NCBI GenBank assembly: GCA_000002445.1
Contig: AE017150.2
Location: forward strand, 96,001-160,000
Length of the DNA: 64,000 bases
Direction: 5' to 3'
DNA from: Trypanosoma brucei
Taxonomy: Eukaryota
Shown: piece after piece, positions 11,534 to 24,244 of the stretch
Numbering within the stretch: the stretch's first letter is position 1
How the letters are laid out: each line of letters starts with the position of its first letter
Position numbers and translations under genes: made by a program
The notes under the pieces: model-generated
What the model was told of the DNA's origin: nothing
The model's input: only the letters and a program-made list of their open reading frames with translations
Databases searched by the model: none

Positions 11534-12731
11534 TAGACGAGGCCATGGTCACTCCACTGCTGCCGTTACATATGATCACTGCATGATTTTCGTATCAATG
11601 TTGATGATGATGTGGGATTTGCTGCTGGAGGCAACCAACAACACAAGTTTAAGGTTCCCACGTGTGGAGAGAGGCCCAACTGCCAACCCTCAACCAGGAT
11701 AACAGAAGTGATTATAAGGAAAGAGAAGACAACATATCATAGCATGTTTGCACACCGACAAATAATTGAAGAAAGAAAGAGAGGGAGAGAGAGAGAGAGA
11801 GGAAAATGGACACAATCACGTCACCAGCTGCGTGTCTGCGAAGAACACCATCAAGAGCTACTCCATAACTCTAATCATAACTAACATGTATAATATAATT
11901 ATAACAGCTCGTATATAAAACAGCACATCCAGTAACTGCTTCTAATGTTTGCATATTTCACTCCGTCACAATCTCTCTCCCATGACACCTACTGGAAATA
12001 CAACTCAGAGGGGCTATATTTGAGGCATGTTTCCAATACGCTCTCTCCACCACGGATGGCAAAGAAGCAAAAAGTACTATTACATTTTTGTTCCTTTTAT
12101 CATTGGCCTATAGATCCCTATCTCTACACGGATGGAAAATTTAGACTGTATAAATGAAAAGAAGATGTGAAGAGTTAGTGTAGTATAATCCAATCCTATA
12201 GTTTGTAATAGCACAAATGAAAACAAAACGTCACAATGTTTTCTTACGTCCGTCGATAACATTATTTCTGTCTTTCTCTGTGCCCCTTAAGATTACGATG
12301 TGGCTTAACTCCAGTTACGCGGTAGCCGATAAAATACTACTTTTACTATTCCTTAGTCGTCTTCATTTCCACTTCCCTTCCCTCACCTCCGGCACTCAAG
12401 TGAATTACCACGTCCCTTTCCTGCACTAACCGCCGCATTCGACTGCTTGTTGAAAAGAATAAGATGATTACTACAGCCGCTATTTGCTGAATATTACTCC
12501 CTTGCAGCGCATCTTGTCATCCTAAGCATTAAGACAAAGCCACTTACCCTGTTTTGGCAGTTAGGACTGCTGGCCTCCCTATGATACGATAACTCAATTT
12601 TACATTAAATGAAAAAACGCCGACTAGCCCCACATTAGCACCGTACACTGTTGACTGCTTGCGTTCACCATAACATACCAGGCCGGATATTTTTACCCAG
12701 CTTCCACCACACCTAATGCTATGAAATCGTC

Positions 12732-15269
12732 TCACCCTCCTTGCGCTCCCGCTTGCTCGTTGCGTGGCTGCGGCGCAGGCTCCATGGCCAGAAGTGGAGC
12801 ATCCCGATACCAACATTCATCTCTATATGCTCGCATTAGCTGCCCCTGCATTTCTTCCCTTAACGTTACTTGGTATTGAGCCATGTTTCTCCACATATCT
12901 GCCGCTTCGGCGGGGTCGTCGCCATCACAAAGTTGCCTGATGGTTATCGTGCCACCGTTAACCGAATTAATGTATATCATCTCCCAAACCATGTCGCGGG
13001 AAAACGCACCCCAATCAGAAAAATATCTTGCCATGTTTTCTCGGAACTTCTGCACCTTATCCGTAGTGGTGGGGTGCCTGTCCGACTTGGTTACTTGTAA
13101 AAGCACAGCTATATTTGGAGTGGTCGGTGGCGCTGCTCCGTCAGGGGCTCTCCTGAGCCGCCCCTCAACGAAAAAAAAGCCATCCACCACGGGTTCATTG
13201 CCTGTGGCAGGGCGGTAGAGAACCATGTATTCACAATTATCAATTGGTCGCTGGTGGGCCGCAGGTAAGGCCTTCTGCCCAGTGAGTTTCAACTGCTGAG
13301 GAGCCATGTCGTTCAGTATGCTTCGACGGTCAGCTATTTCTCCGCCTCGTCGCAGGTATTTCAAGTTGTCTGCGATAACTTTAAAAACTCGAGGAAAAAG
13401 AAGCGAAAGCAACGCCCTTGATTCAAACACGTTGGCTGCGGCACTCTCGTCTGACATCGTAACTTGACGGATAGCCATTTTCTCCACATCAATGGCAAGC
13501 AGTTTGAAAAATATAGCATTCCCAATGCAAACCGAAAGTGGCCGGCAGCGGTATTCATCGACGCTCTCTCCGGCATCTCGCACACGGACGATTTTCACTA
13601 ACCTGTGCGTTACCTTATCATTTCGCCAATCGGCAATTTTCCCCATTATGTCCTCGTAGTGACTTTTGTTGTCACCATTGATGGACGTTATCATCTTTTT
13701 TGCCTGAGACACACGTTTTGTGTACCCCGCGCTGTTGTAAACGCAACGAGGCACTGGCCCAACCACATTAATACGGCTCTTTATTGTTTCCCACTCATTT
13801 TTAAGTTCTTCTACAATCCTCGCCTGAGCTTCTTCATCAAGTGCCGCATAGCCTGATGCTACAGACAGCTTAGTCCATGCCACAAATGCCTTCATGTCAC
13901 GCACATCATCACAGTTTATAATAATTCCTACGTCTCTCTTGTCTTTTGACCAGTGATGAAAATGGGCCTCATCCGGAGAAGTGAGGAGAGTTACACCCCA
14001 AGCGTGAACCGGCAGACCATCGGGTGGCGTCTGCGCATTCTTGCATATGTCAACAATGATGTGCCCTTTTTTTTTCTTGAATACTAACGCAGCTATGACC
14101 CTAACAGCAGCTTTCACGTCTTCATATTGCTCAACCTTCCCCCCTTCTCCGGGTTTCTTGTTATATATTAAATAGGCTATTTTACCCACGAAATATGCAA
14201 CAACATCAAGCATTCCATCATTGAAGTGAAGCAATGAATGAAGCAAAAATGATCCAACACCATATGATTTACCAATACCAGGTGTACCAATAACAATATG
14301 TCTCGGTGTTATCTCAGCTTTTTCCACCCACCTTCCTTGCAGCCCTCGTTGGATTATATACCACACGCGCATAATTTCACGACGGATATATACATGCTTA
14401 AAATTTTCCAAGCATATCTCAGCGTCATCCAATGCAAACCCGTTGTATGGCCAACCCTTCTCCGAAGTGAGAACAAAAATCTCCAAACCATCAGGCCTCT
14501 CCTCAATCTCTGCATCAACATTCGCAGGGTCAGGAGTTATATCCACCTCCGCTTCGGTCCATATGCACTGTGGTTTTCCATCAAACACTTTCATGCCAAG
14601 TGGCTCTTCATTATAACCCGACATTACATAACTCCATTTCGCATTATATATGGATTCATACACTCCTTCAAGTTCGACAGCACCACCAGCTGTTTGGGCA
14701 GCTCGCTTTTCCGCTCTCTTGGCGACCTCCAGTGCTCCATCCAACCTTCCCCTCGCCATGGGACCAACAAATTCTCTTATTTCCCCTCTTCCCTTCTCCT
14801 CCCACTGACTGAGGTAGTAAATTTCTTTTTCGTCAAGGTACCTTGCTTTCCGCTTCATTTCAGAGAATTGGTTATATAATTCTTTATATTCCTCAAACTG
14901 ATAAAGCCGCCGTATCCTTCCTAGAATCCCGGCATCCAAAATATAATCCTCCGGGCTCTGGACAAACACATCCATGGCCACATTCTCTGTGTCATACGTG
15001 TTAAAAAACTTTTTCAGCAAAAAGTCATGCAGTGTCATATCCCTCAAACCCTCATAGCGTTGCAGCAATACATCTTCAATAGAACTGTTCATTGTCCAAT
15101 TGGGCCCCTCTTCAGTTCTCTGCCGTATTTGTGGAGGCTGAGCAGCAGCAGCAGCAGGAGGCGGTACATTTTCATCCCGTGGCCTCCTCATGGCTGCTTC
15201 AATATTATCTGCCACTTGTTGATTTTCATTATTTCCTTGTGGAGCTGCGGGACTATTTGCTCTTGACAT
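12732..15269 (-). CDS. RHS: Retrotransposon hot spot (RHS) protein, apparently full length (845 aa), P-loop GTPGIGKS
   Basis: Long ORF collinear with RHS #1, with identical N- and C-terminal blocks and a mosaic-divergent central region. There is no RIME at the hot spot. Confidence 0.88.
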   Translation of the reverse strand: MSRANSPAAPQGNNENQQVADNIEAAMRRPRDENVPPPAAAAAQPPQIRQRTEEGPNWTMNSSIEDVLLQRYEGLRDMTLHDFLLKKFFNTYDTENVAMDVFVQSPEDYILDAGILGRIRRLYQFEEYKELYNQFSEMKRKARYLDEKEIYYLSQWEEKGRGEIREFVGPMARGRLDGALEVAKRAEKRAAQTAGGAVELEGVYESIYNAKWSYVMSGYNEEPLGMKVFDGKPQCIWTEAEVDITPDPANVDAEIEERPDGLEIFVLTSEKGWPYNGFALDDAEICLENFKHVYIRREIMRVWYIIQRGLQGRWVEKAEITPRHIVIGTPGIGKSYGVGSFLLHSLLHFNDGMLDVVAYFVGKIAYLIYNKKPGEGGKVEQYEDVKAAVRVIAALVFKKKKGHIIVDICKNAQTPPDGLPVHAWGVTLLTSPDEAHFHHWSKDKRDVGIIINCDDVRDMKAFVAWTKLSVASGYAALDEEAQARIVEELKNEWETIKSRINVVGPVPRCVYNSAGYTKRVSQAKKMITSINGDNKSHYEDIMGKIADWRNDKVTHRLVKIVRVRDAGESVDEYRCRPLSVCIGNAIFFKLLAIDVEKMAIRQVTMSDESAAANVFESRALLSLLFPRVFKVIADNLKYLRRGGEIADRRSILNDMAPQQLKLTGQKALPAAHQRPIDNCEYMVLYRPATGNEPVVDGFFFVEGRLRRAPDGAAPPTTPNIAVLLQVTKSDRHPTTTDKVQKFRENMARYFSDWGAFSRDMVWEMIYINSVNGGTITIRQLCDGDDPAEAADMWRNMAQYQVTLREEMQGQLMRAYRDECWYRDAPLLAMEPAPQPRNEQAGAQGG

Positions 15270-18250
15270 AACTCTCTTAATATTATTAACTTAACTTCCT
15301 TTCCTTTTCTTTTTTCTCTGAAATTATAAAAAACTGAAGTAAAATAATAGATAAGAAAACAATAGCGGGTGAACAGTGTAACATAATATCAAATGTAATA
15401 AAGCGCGTTAATGTTTATTCACTATAGTTTGTATAATATGATATCATAATGTATTTGGTATTGAGGGGAACAATTTCAAAATATAGCAGCTGTAAATAAA
15501 TATTTCCCTTGCTTCATTATCATGTGCTAAATATAATTAATTTCCTGTATCATTTCTTTCTAAACCATATATAATATGGAAACAAAAAATATTACTGCCT
15601 CATATACCTGCGTAAACACTTCGTATATATAATCAATATTTAAAGAGAGTCAAATTCTATTAATTAAAATCAAGTAAAACAATAAACAATAAAAATATAT
15701 GGATATTAATGAAACGAAGAAATAGAGTATCGGCACAACACATAGATATACACACACACGAATACGCACTACACTACACAACTGTTCCACTGGAGTTTCC
15801 TCACTTCTGTCAATACGTAACATTCACTTGCATTGAATAAACTCATTGAAAATATAAATCACTTATCCCCTCCCCCGTGTATTCACTTACTTCCAAAGGA
15901 GAATATTAAATAATGTCTGTAGGACAGGTAAAAAAAAACTGATAGTCTTTTTGCATCAGATAACCAGAGAGTATTTCTGTTTACTTTCATAATAAATAAA
16001 AACATTCTTTCACCTTCAGTTAAAATAAAATTTAATTACTTGCCTCCTCATTGTTCACAACTATCAACAACTAATTCAGCGACACAAATTCACATGTATC
16101 TGATGTGCCATCGTTGTTGAATCCATTCACACACCTTTTATGATGGTGATTATACAACATATGGAAAATAATTGGAATAAAATTAATACAATTAATTGAG
16201 GAAACCGTAAAAGATTATCATAACATATCTTTTATTTTCCCTCCTTTCATTTACACAGATTAAATATGTAATGAGACAATTCCCTTTCAGTACGTGTCCA
16301 CACTTATTGTATCATCATTGTAAGTTTCCTATTGCTCACATACACAAAGTTATTGGAATAACAAAAACACAAAACAACACATCTAAAGAACTTGAAAATG
16401 TATAACAAATAAAGGTAATAAAGAGAATAAGCGTGAACTGACAGATAATAAAATGAAACACGTCTCGCATTTTCCTTCTAAATATTCAATAGTTGGCGGA
16501 TTACAAAACAATTACACATTATAGAAAGGAAGGAATATAATTACATTATACACCTGCATGTGGATATGTAACAGTGAGTCATAGTAGAGATGAATTGCCT
16601 AAACACGATAGTTATGGAAGATAACATAATTCAAAATATCAAAAATATTATTCTATCAAAATTCCCTTCCTTCTCCATTAAGTTTTCAAATGGTTTCAAA
16701 TAATAATTCACATAATTCCATACATATGTTATGATGGGTATTGCATGCAGTACAATTTAAAGGAAGTGCAACTCATATAACATTTTCAAAAATAGGTATT
16801 GAATAGTTGTTTGCTACCATCAATTACATTTCCAACGCCTGATTACACTTTTATATGCATGAAGGAAGTTACTGATGATAACTTTGACATGCTCGAGAAT
16901 CCATAACACAAAGCAGCAGCTGCATGCAATAAAAAATATAAATATAAATAACATCCGAATTTATTTACTGACAGATGAGTGCAATCCATTCATTCAAACT
17001 TCATAGCTGCAAATATAAACTCGCTGCTGCCAATAGGAAATAATCCCGCATAAATATTGAGTATCTGAAAATGATAGCAACGGGTTTCCATTATTGAAAT
17101 ATATACATAAACTACATGAGGTATATGAAGCCATATTGGTAAAGTGTCACTACGCATGTTGCAATTTACTATCAAAAGTGTCTGCCTTATTTTATTTCTT
17201 GTGTTACTGTAACTCATGAGTATCATTCATTATTCTTTACAATACAACTGTAAGTCATTTTGCATTTTTACATATTTCCTTATTCCCTCATACTGGAAGT
17301 ATTCCACATATGAGATTCCTCAATATCGTTCACAAAATAAAAATAATTTCATTTCCTTCTGCATTCAGTTTCTCGTGTAGCAGTGTGTACACTAATCATC
17401 CATAAAGTTTTTAATTTGCCAAATACATCATTAAGAAACTATTTTCATACACACACATACACAAACAAACAAATCATTGGGACAATATCTTTGAGGAATT
17501 TCCTTCACTATATTTGCAGTTCAGTAGTAATTAAAATACACTTTTCTGTATAATTCAACACATGGTGGAATTGCAAAGAAATGTGATGGTACTTATAATC
17601 CATAAGTTCCCAATTTTCCTCATACGGTCTCTTTTCATGCCTTTACATCCTTATATAATTCACAGAGAATTACTGCAATTTCTTTCATATGCTTTCAGGA
17701 TTCCATATGTCACAATACAAATTATATATATATATATATATATATCCTCTTACATAAGTTGCACATAATATTGCTTAACATATAAATTATCACAAACCTA
17801 TGACTTTACACTCCTCCTAAGAATAAGAATCAAATTATTTCTATTTTGCATCATTACATGAAGCTTTGGAAAAGGAAAAAAAAAGAATCAAACAAAAGGT
17901 AATGTAAAGAAAATAGTTTTTTAATACAGAATATAACTTGTTTGTGAATTTCAGATGCAAACACAAAATGTTCAAACAGTAAAACAGTAAAGGACGTTAC
18001 TGGTGATGTAAGCACAAATTAATCAAAAATAGAAACATAAATAAAATTGAAACTTATAAAAACACAAATATATATGACACAAATATTTACCACATATTAT
18101 AATTCGCCACCCTCACACTTGAATTACAAAGAGTACATAACACACATATGTGGTAAAACTAATACAACTCGAATATACATATGTGCCACCTTCTTAACAT
18201 AATCATTCTAATATTTACTCAGTGTGTGTGTGTGTAGTGATGATGATATG
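15270..18250. repeat. Conserved AT-rich RHS upstream region, copy 2
   Basis: Aligns with 4587..7556 and 48774..51730. Confidence 0.8.
17724..17745. repeat. (TA)11 microsatellite in the RHS upstream region
   Basis: tatatatatatatatatatata seen directly. Paralogous positions (~7673..7690, ~51220) carry shorter tracts. Confidence 0.8.
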
Positions 18251-21200
18251 TAATCGACAGTCCCTTGACTCGGAATGCGGTATTAACATGTCTCAGATGT
18301 TAAGCGTTCTTGTTCTACAAGGGAAGTCATTTGCCTTTTCTTCCTTTTTGCAGGAAATAAAAAATAAAAAGAAGAATTCAGGGGTTGTAGCGGATAACTG
18401 CCTCTTTGGATAGTAGCAATATATTATGAAGCATGTACCACAGTCTACTCAGTATTTTTTTTATTTTTTTGACTTCCTCTGATTTCATTAACTTTCGTCC
18501 ATGTTTATAAATGATACTTTTTGTGAAAGTTATAACAAGAAACTAACTCGTAGTTTTAGTCATTAGTTTCACAGTTCTGAATTTTCGTAATGATGCCACG
18601 GCAAAATATCATTATCGTTTCCTATTTTATTGAAGAGTTACTCTCGTAGAAGAAAGCAGGATGAAAATACTCAAGACTTCACCAACAGGGGCCAGACGTT
18701 CCTCAAAAAAGAACGAACAAAGAAGTTAACCACACAACCCTTCTTACAAATGAGCGTCTGTCAATGTGCAAGAAAAACAAAGGCTCTTCAACTGCACACA
18801 ACACTAGAAACGATATCAGCGGCTTCAATCCCACAGTTAAAGCCACTTGACGAAACACTCAGCATACGAAACCTTTGCAAAGCAATGTATTGGTTATTTA
18901 AAGAAAAAGAAAAAAACGTATTCCTTCACGTGCAGTTTGAACAAACTGCTAGCCTAGAACTAAGAGTATCAACACACACAGGTGATAACTACGCGTCGAA
19001 TATTTGCTGCCCAGCTGACTCCAAACTCACAAAGAGGAAACAACACGTAACCACTTACAGCCCAGCTGCTAGTGTCCTTTAAGTGCATACAAATACACAA
19101 CAGCAATCATTGTCACACTAATTTTAGGCATCATTTAATACGTATTTAACAAACATGATGCCCGACTCCAAATGTGAAAGGCACTCGTCACGCACCCTCC
19201 CCGCCAATTCCACAGAATGGTGGAAACGAAGCGGCAAAGGAGGAGCGGCGCGGCGCTGTTAAACCGAATAGCTGCGCATCGGCCGCATTGAGTTTGTGGA
19301 ATGCGGAGAAACCACCAGTTGAGTTTAGAGTAAGTGATGCCTCTCACAGAGCAGTGGCGGCAGAAGGTGTCAAGAACCTTTTTTTTAGAAACCTCCCGAA
19401 ATGCGTTGAAACGCCAAGCACTACCGTCACCCCCAGAGCAAAAACGTTGGAGAGAAAAAGCGAAACAATGCGTAGGTTGTGGCGCTGAAACCGCAATTAC
19501 CAACTGGCAAGGTGGATGGACCGCGACATGTGAGCGAGCAAGGGAGGCATCGCGATATGTTTGTGGAATGTGGGGAAATGTAAGAAAAGAGACCACTAAA
19601 TATGATAACGGTGTTAGAGCAACGAATATGAGCAGCGTCCAATTCCGTTTAGAAACCCTGTCCGGAATTTCTGTCCGTAAAACAACAACTGGCATCGCCG
19701 ACGAATTAAGGACAGAGGGCTGCGGGATGCCAACCAAAAAAAACCAACAATAGGCCACAGCCACCCCAAATCAGAAAGTCCATGTAAAAGTAACCAAATA
19801 CTCGCAGCTCAAACGCTCAAATGTTGGATACGCAGCAGGTGACACGGCGGAAGGAATATTATCCGGCGCTTGGAAGCATGTCACCACCGCAACGACTCCT
19901 CAGAAACTGGACAGCTTCAAGTGTGGAGTGGCGGCTTGCATATGAACACGGTGAGTGTCGGAAAAGGGAGGAAAGGCACAGCGGGAGGAGTGGCAAAGTA
20001 AAAAAGGCAGGGGGGCGGTGCCAAGACTCCCGAGCAGACATCCGCTAAAACCTACGGCATATGACATGTTTGATACGGCCATTGCAGCGCAGGAGGAACT
20101 GTTGCAACGAATCGGACATGACTGTTATGGGCCCGTCACTGCCTTCAGAGACTTTTCCAAACGAAAGGAAAGAGCGCATTGCGACAGAGTGATGCTGACG
20201 TGTGCAGAAGTCTGAAGGCATTATATCAGCGAGGTCTGTGGTGACTAAAAGCCTGAGATGGGCACATGGTTAGAAGGGTGGTGGATCCTGCGAATAGTTG
20301 AAAGTAGGGTGCCTGTACTTTATTTCTCATATACTCGCGTGCTCCGTATACAAAATATAAATGAGAAATGGAGCCAACAAACGCGCCAGCAAAGTGACTC
20401 TGTTCCTTTGCAATGTCCAGACAATTCGTACTAAGACTCTTAAAGCTATTGGACCGAAGGAACCTCACGACCATGTGCAGCCGGCAAACGTACGAAAATG
20501 GAGAGCTGGCCGGCATCCCACCCTCCACTTGACAGCTGCTCTCAACTGGAATATCGGGGATTATGGATGGTGCGGAAAGCTCATCATTTCGTGGATTCTT
20601 CTGAGTAGCAATGGAGTCTGAAGGTTAACCCAAAGAGTTAAAACGTTGAACAGACCTGGTGACCCACATGGTCTTTTTTTGTGTAAAAAATGCCGGACTG
20701 CCTTACTGCATCCCTTCGCGTGCATGCAAACTGAGCACAACGCAATGTCTCCTTTATTGTTTGAAGCATGAAAGCTCATGGATCATAGCCATGGGACAGA
20801 GGGCCTTGATTACGTTAGACTGATAGGACCGCTGTGTATTTTTTGTCGTTTATGTTGGGATTGGTATTTGATAGTAGCATCTGTTAATGTACAATCATTC
20901 TAGTGAATTCGGCACATTACAGTGATTTCTTTTGAGAGTTTCTCTTCCCCCTCACTCTGAGTAGATGTGGGGTAACTGGTTTCTTTTCTGACGTTAACAT
21001 GGTATGCCAGTTCTGTTTGGCAATGTTACGGTATCATCACGCACAGTTTCGAAAATTGTCTGTAAAGCTGTTTTGAATCCATGTTGCGGTTGTCACGAAT
21101 CCAAAAAATGATAACGGAGACGGGTCTGCAAAAAGGTATTGTGAGTTAGCGGCAATACTGCGTATCAAATAATGTCACATCACGATGATTACAGTGCTGC

Positions 21201-24200
21201 TTCACAACTTCAGCATAGGGGAATGGCGGAATCGTTTCAAATGCGGAACAAATAATGAGAGTCCAAATCTCCCTCTTAAATTCCCGTGTCCGCATAAACT
21301 GTATACAGGTGAAACATTTCTTTCAAGGAAACTGTATTTACGAGATTTAATCTAAGGAGAGATTAGGAATGCAGATACTTCATGCCTTCAATGAACAGCC
21401 GTACATCAGACCTGTCAACTCCATTAAGTGACTGAGGAGTTAACCTATTGTAAGGTGTATGGACATGGAGACATGGTTTGAGCAACCAACAGCCAGTATT
21501 CAGTACAGTTGGCTTATGTGAAACCAAAACGTCTGCATCCGTGTATGTTCAACCTGACAGCTTCGCTTAGCCTTTTGTTAAGCTGTACGACACTCTTCCA
21601 GGTGTATGCAACAAAATACAGTTATGCGCGTGATCTTGCAAGTGAGGATGGTAGTCTACAGTAAGCATGCGAAACAGGGAAAATATATATTGAGCTGCTC
21701 TGAATCCATTTCATGCAGAATGTAAGAGCACAACCCGGCTGATATTTTGATATGAACCAACACACTAAAGAATGATTTAAGAAGCAGGAAAAAGTTGATC
21801 CAAACTGCACTTAGCCTGGAATTATTTCCAATGCTCCTAGATAATATTGTGTATGATGCGTATGGGGATTTATTACTTTTTGAGGGAGCATGAAAAAGGA
21901 TGAGGAGCAGAAACTGTTCGGAAGATGACAATATTTACGATTCTTATTATTAGGTCGATATCGCCTTTGTGATGGCTTAATGGTTTAGTATGTATGAGTG
22001 CTTTATACTTGCTTTATTTGAACACAAACTCATGCATGCCCACAAATTGTGAAGCTGCATACCCACAGATATCAATTAAGGGCATCAAACTTTTGGTGTA
22101 AAGCAGTCATTTTCATATGAAGTTAGCATTCCGAAACAGCTACCTGGGAGAGGAAATTGAAGGTCCACCGCCCTTGCCAACACGCGTTTCGTGTGTATTT
22201 GTGGTCAAAATGGAGGTCATATGTAGCCGCACCATTTCATTGACCGCTGCGTAATATATTCCCTCACTTATACTCATTAATATCCACTGACGCCTCTCTT
22301 TTCTCTCTTTGTGTGCGGGAAGCAGTGCCGTCGTGCAGAGAGAATCGCAACATTGGATCAGAGAATGGATCTGGAGTGTGTTAGAAGGCAGTCAGAGACA
22401 ATAGAAGTTGTGACGGTTGTGGTGTTCTGGGTGAATTTGGATTTGATTAATGATGAACCTCCTCGTGTAGCGGTAAGAGACCCTGATGAAACTGCACACA
22501 AAGAAACTGGAGGAAGGGCTCACAATGGTCATAAACACGTCTTATGGATGTGATAATGTATGAAGTGAAAGTGTGGATACAAGGTTGAGAGTAATCGTGT
22601 GTGAGACTGTATTGGCCAATTTTTACAAAATGGGGATGAATTCTCTCCGTGTATGAATGCTGCGTTGGAGAGTGCAAATGATACGTTACACGTACAAGCT
22701 GGAGAGGGTGGCGACTGACGTCTGAACTTGGAATGGATGTAAAAGACATAAAGCATTGTACCGATGCGAAAGCAAAGGGCGCATGCATGTCAACGATAGA
22801 AAACTAGTTTAGACTCTTTTTATTCGGATATGCTTTGGCGGAAACAGTGTGCATGCAGAAACCCCGAGCATCCGACAACGGGATATAGAAGCGTTAACGA
22901 TAGTCTCCAACTCATGGAAATCCGGCGGACATCAACTCCTCTCAATTATAAGTTACTTCGAGCTTATCAATTTCCTCCTTATGAGGTCCCATTTCCTCCA
23001 CACACTTTTGCATCACAACAATGGAGAGAAGGAGAAAATGTTGAAGCGCATTATGCACTGTATCAAACTTGTTTGTGTATGTATTTGGTCTCTTCTGATA
23101 TGAGTCTTACCGTTACCAACATGTTACCGGCTCTAGGAATCCATGAGCGTGATGTACATAAAATATCACGAACTTTGTGCACGCCTTGGTGTTCCACTTA
23201 GTGAGCGTCATCAAACTCAATGAGCAGAACCACATGGAAGGAGGAAATTGTGTATTTGTATGCATACATGTGTGGCAATATGTTGGTTTGTAACACTGTG
23301 GTGAGAGTAAATGGAAGCATCTTTTAATATGGAGAATACCGCACATAAACACACCTCAGCGTATCGCCAAGAAATAATGGCGGAAACGGGTCAGACAATG
23401 TTGCAAAGATATCAGTCTCAAATATATACATATGACACTAGCCATTCTCTGGTCACACAACAAGGAAGAGCAAGGTGTAGCGTTGATTGGATGTAACGGC
23501 AGGATGAATCATTTCCTTTAAAGGACAAATGAGCAGATGCGCGTGTGCAGTCCAAACCGGCCAACTGTGCATTGCATTTCATTGAGAAATATTTTGTTGA
23601 TTCAGTAGGAAGAACGCCTTCTTTTTTCACTCTCATTTTACGCAGACATGACGGTCGATAGAGGTTTGTACCAGCTGATGCATTTACAACCGTGTACGGT
23701 GATAAATGTTAACTGATTGCTCCTGTCATGTGACTCTCGAGACGTTACCAGGTGACCATGGAATTATCTTAAAGATGTTTGGATAGAAGGGCATCTAATA
23801 GGTGCCGGTCTTCTAATGCAGCGAAAAGCTTGTAATGCATGCGTATGTTTGGTAAGATGCGAGGAAGCCATTGAGTGTACTGTTGTAGTTAGCTGTTGCG
23901 CACTGCATTGACTGGGTCTGGTTGTGGCACATCTCAGTAATGAAATGCAGAAACCTCTCATCCATCGCAGTGATCGGCAAATATGTCTTAATTAAGTTGA
24001 ATGGCAGGTGGTGTCTATGCATATGCTGGGTTGCTCGACCGCCAGAAACCTGGATTAAAGCAGCAAAAGGTGTTGTCGTTTGTTTTTATCCATGCATTTG
24101 TTCAAACTATCTGTGCATCAATGAGAACTATCATTGTCTTTCAGTATAACCAACCTTTCTACGCCATCACTAGCAACTCTCTTCCATCCATCATTGCTAA

Positions 24201-24244
24201 ACAAGATAACTTTCTTGATGAATTTCATTCATGATCGCACGCGT

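Larger units (their letters stand above)
10639..18250. repeat. Second copy of the ~10.65 kb RHS tandem unit (homologous to 1..7556)
   Basis: Collinear homology with constant offset: 1 to 10639, 2073 to 12732, 4586 to 15269, 4587.. to 15270... Confidence 0.8.
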
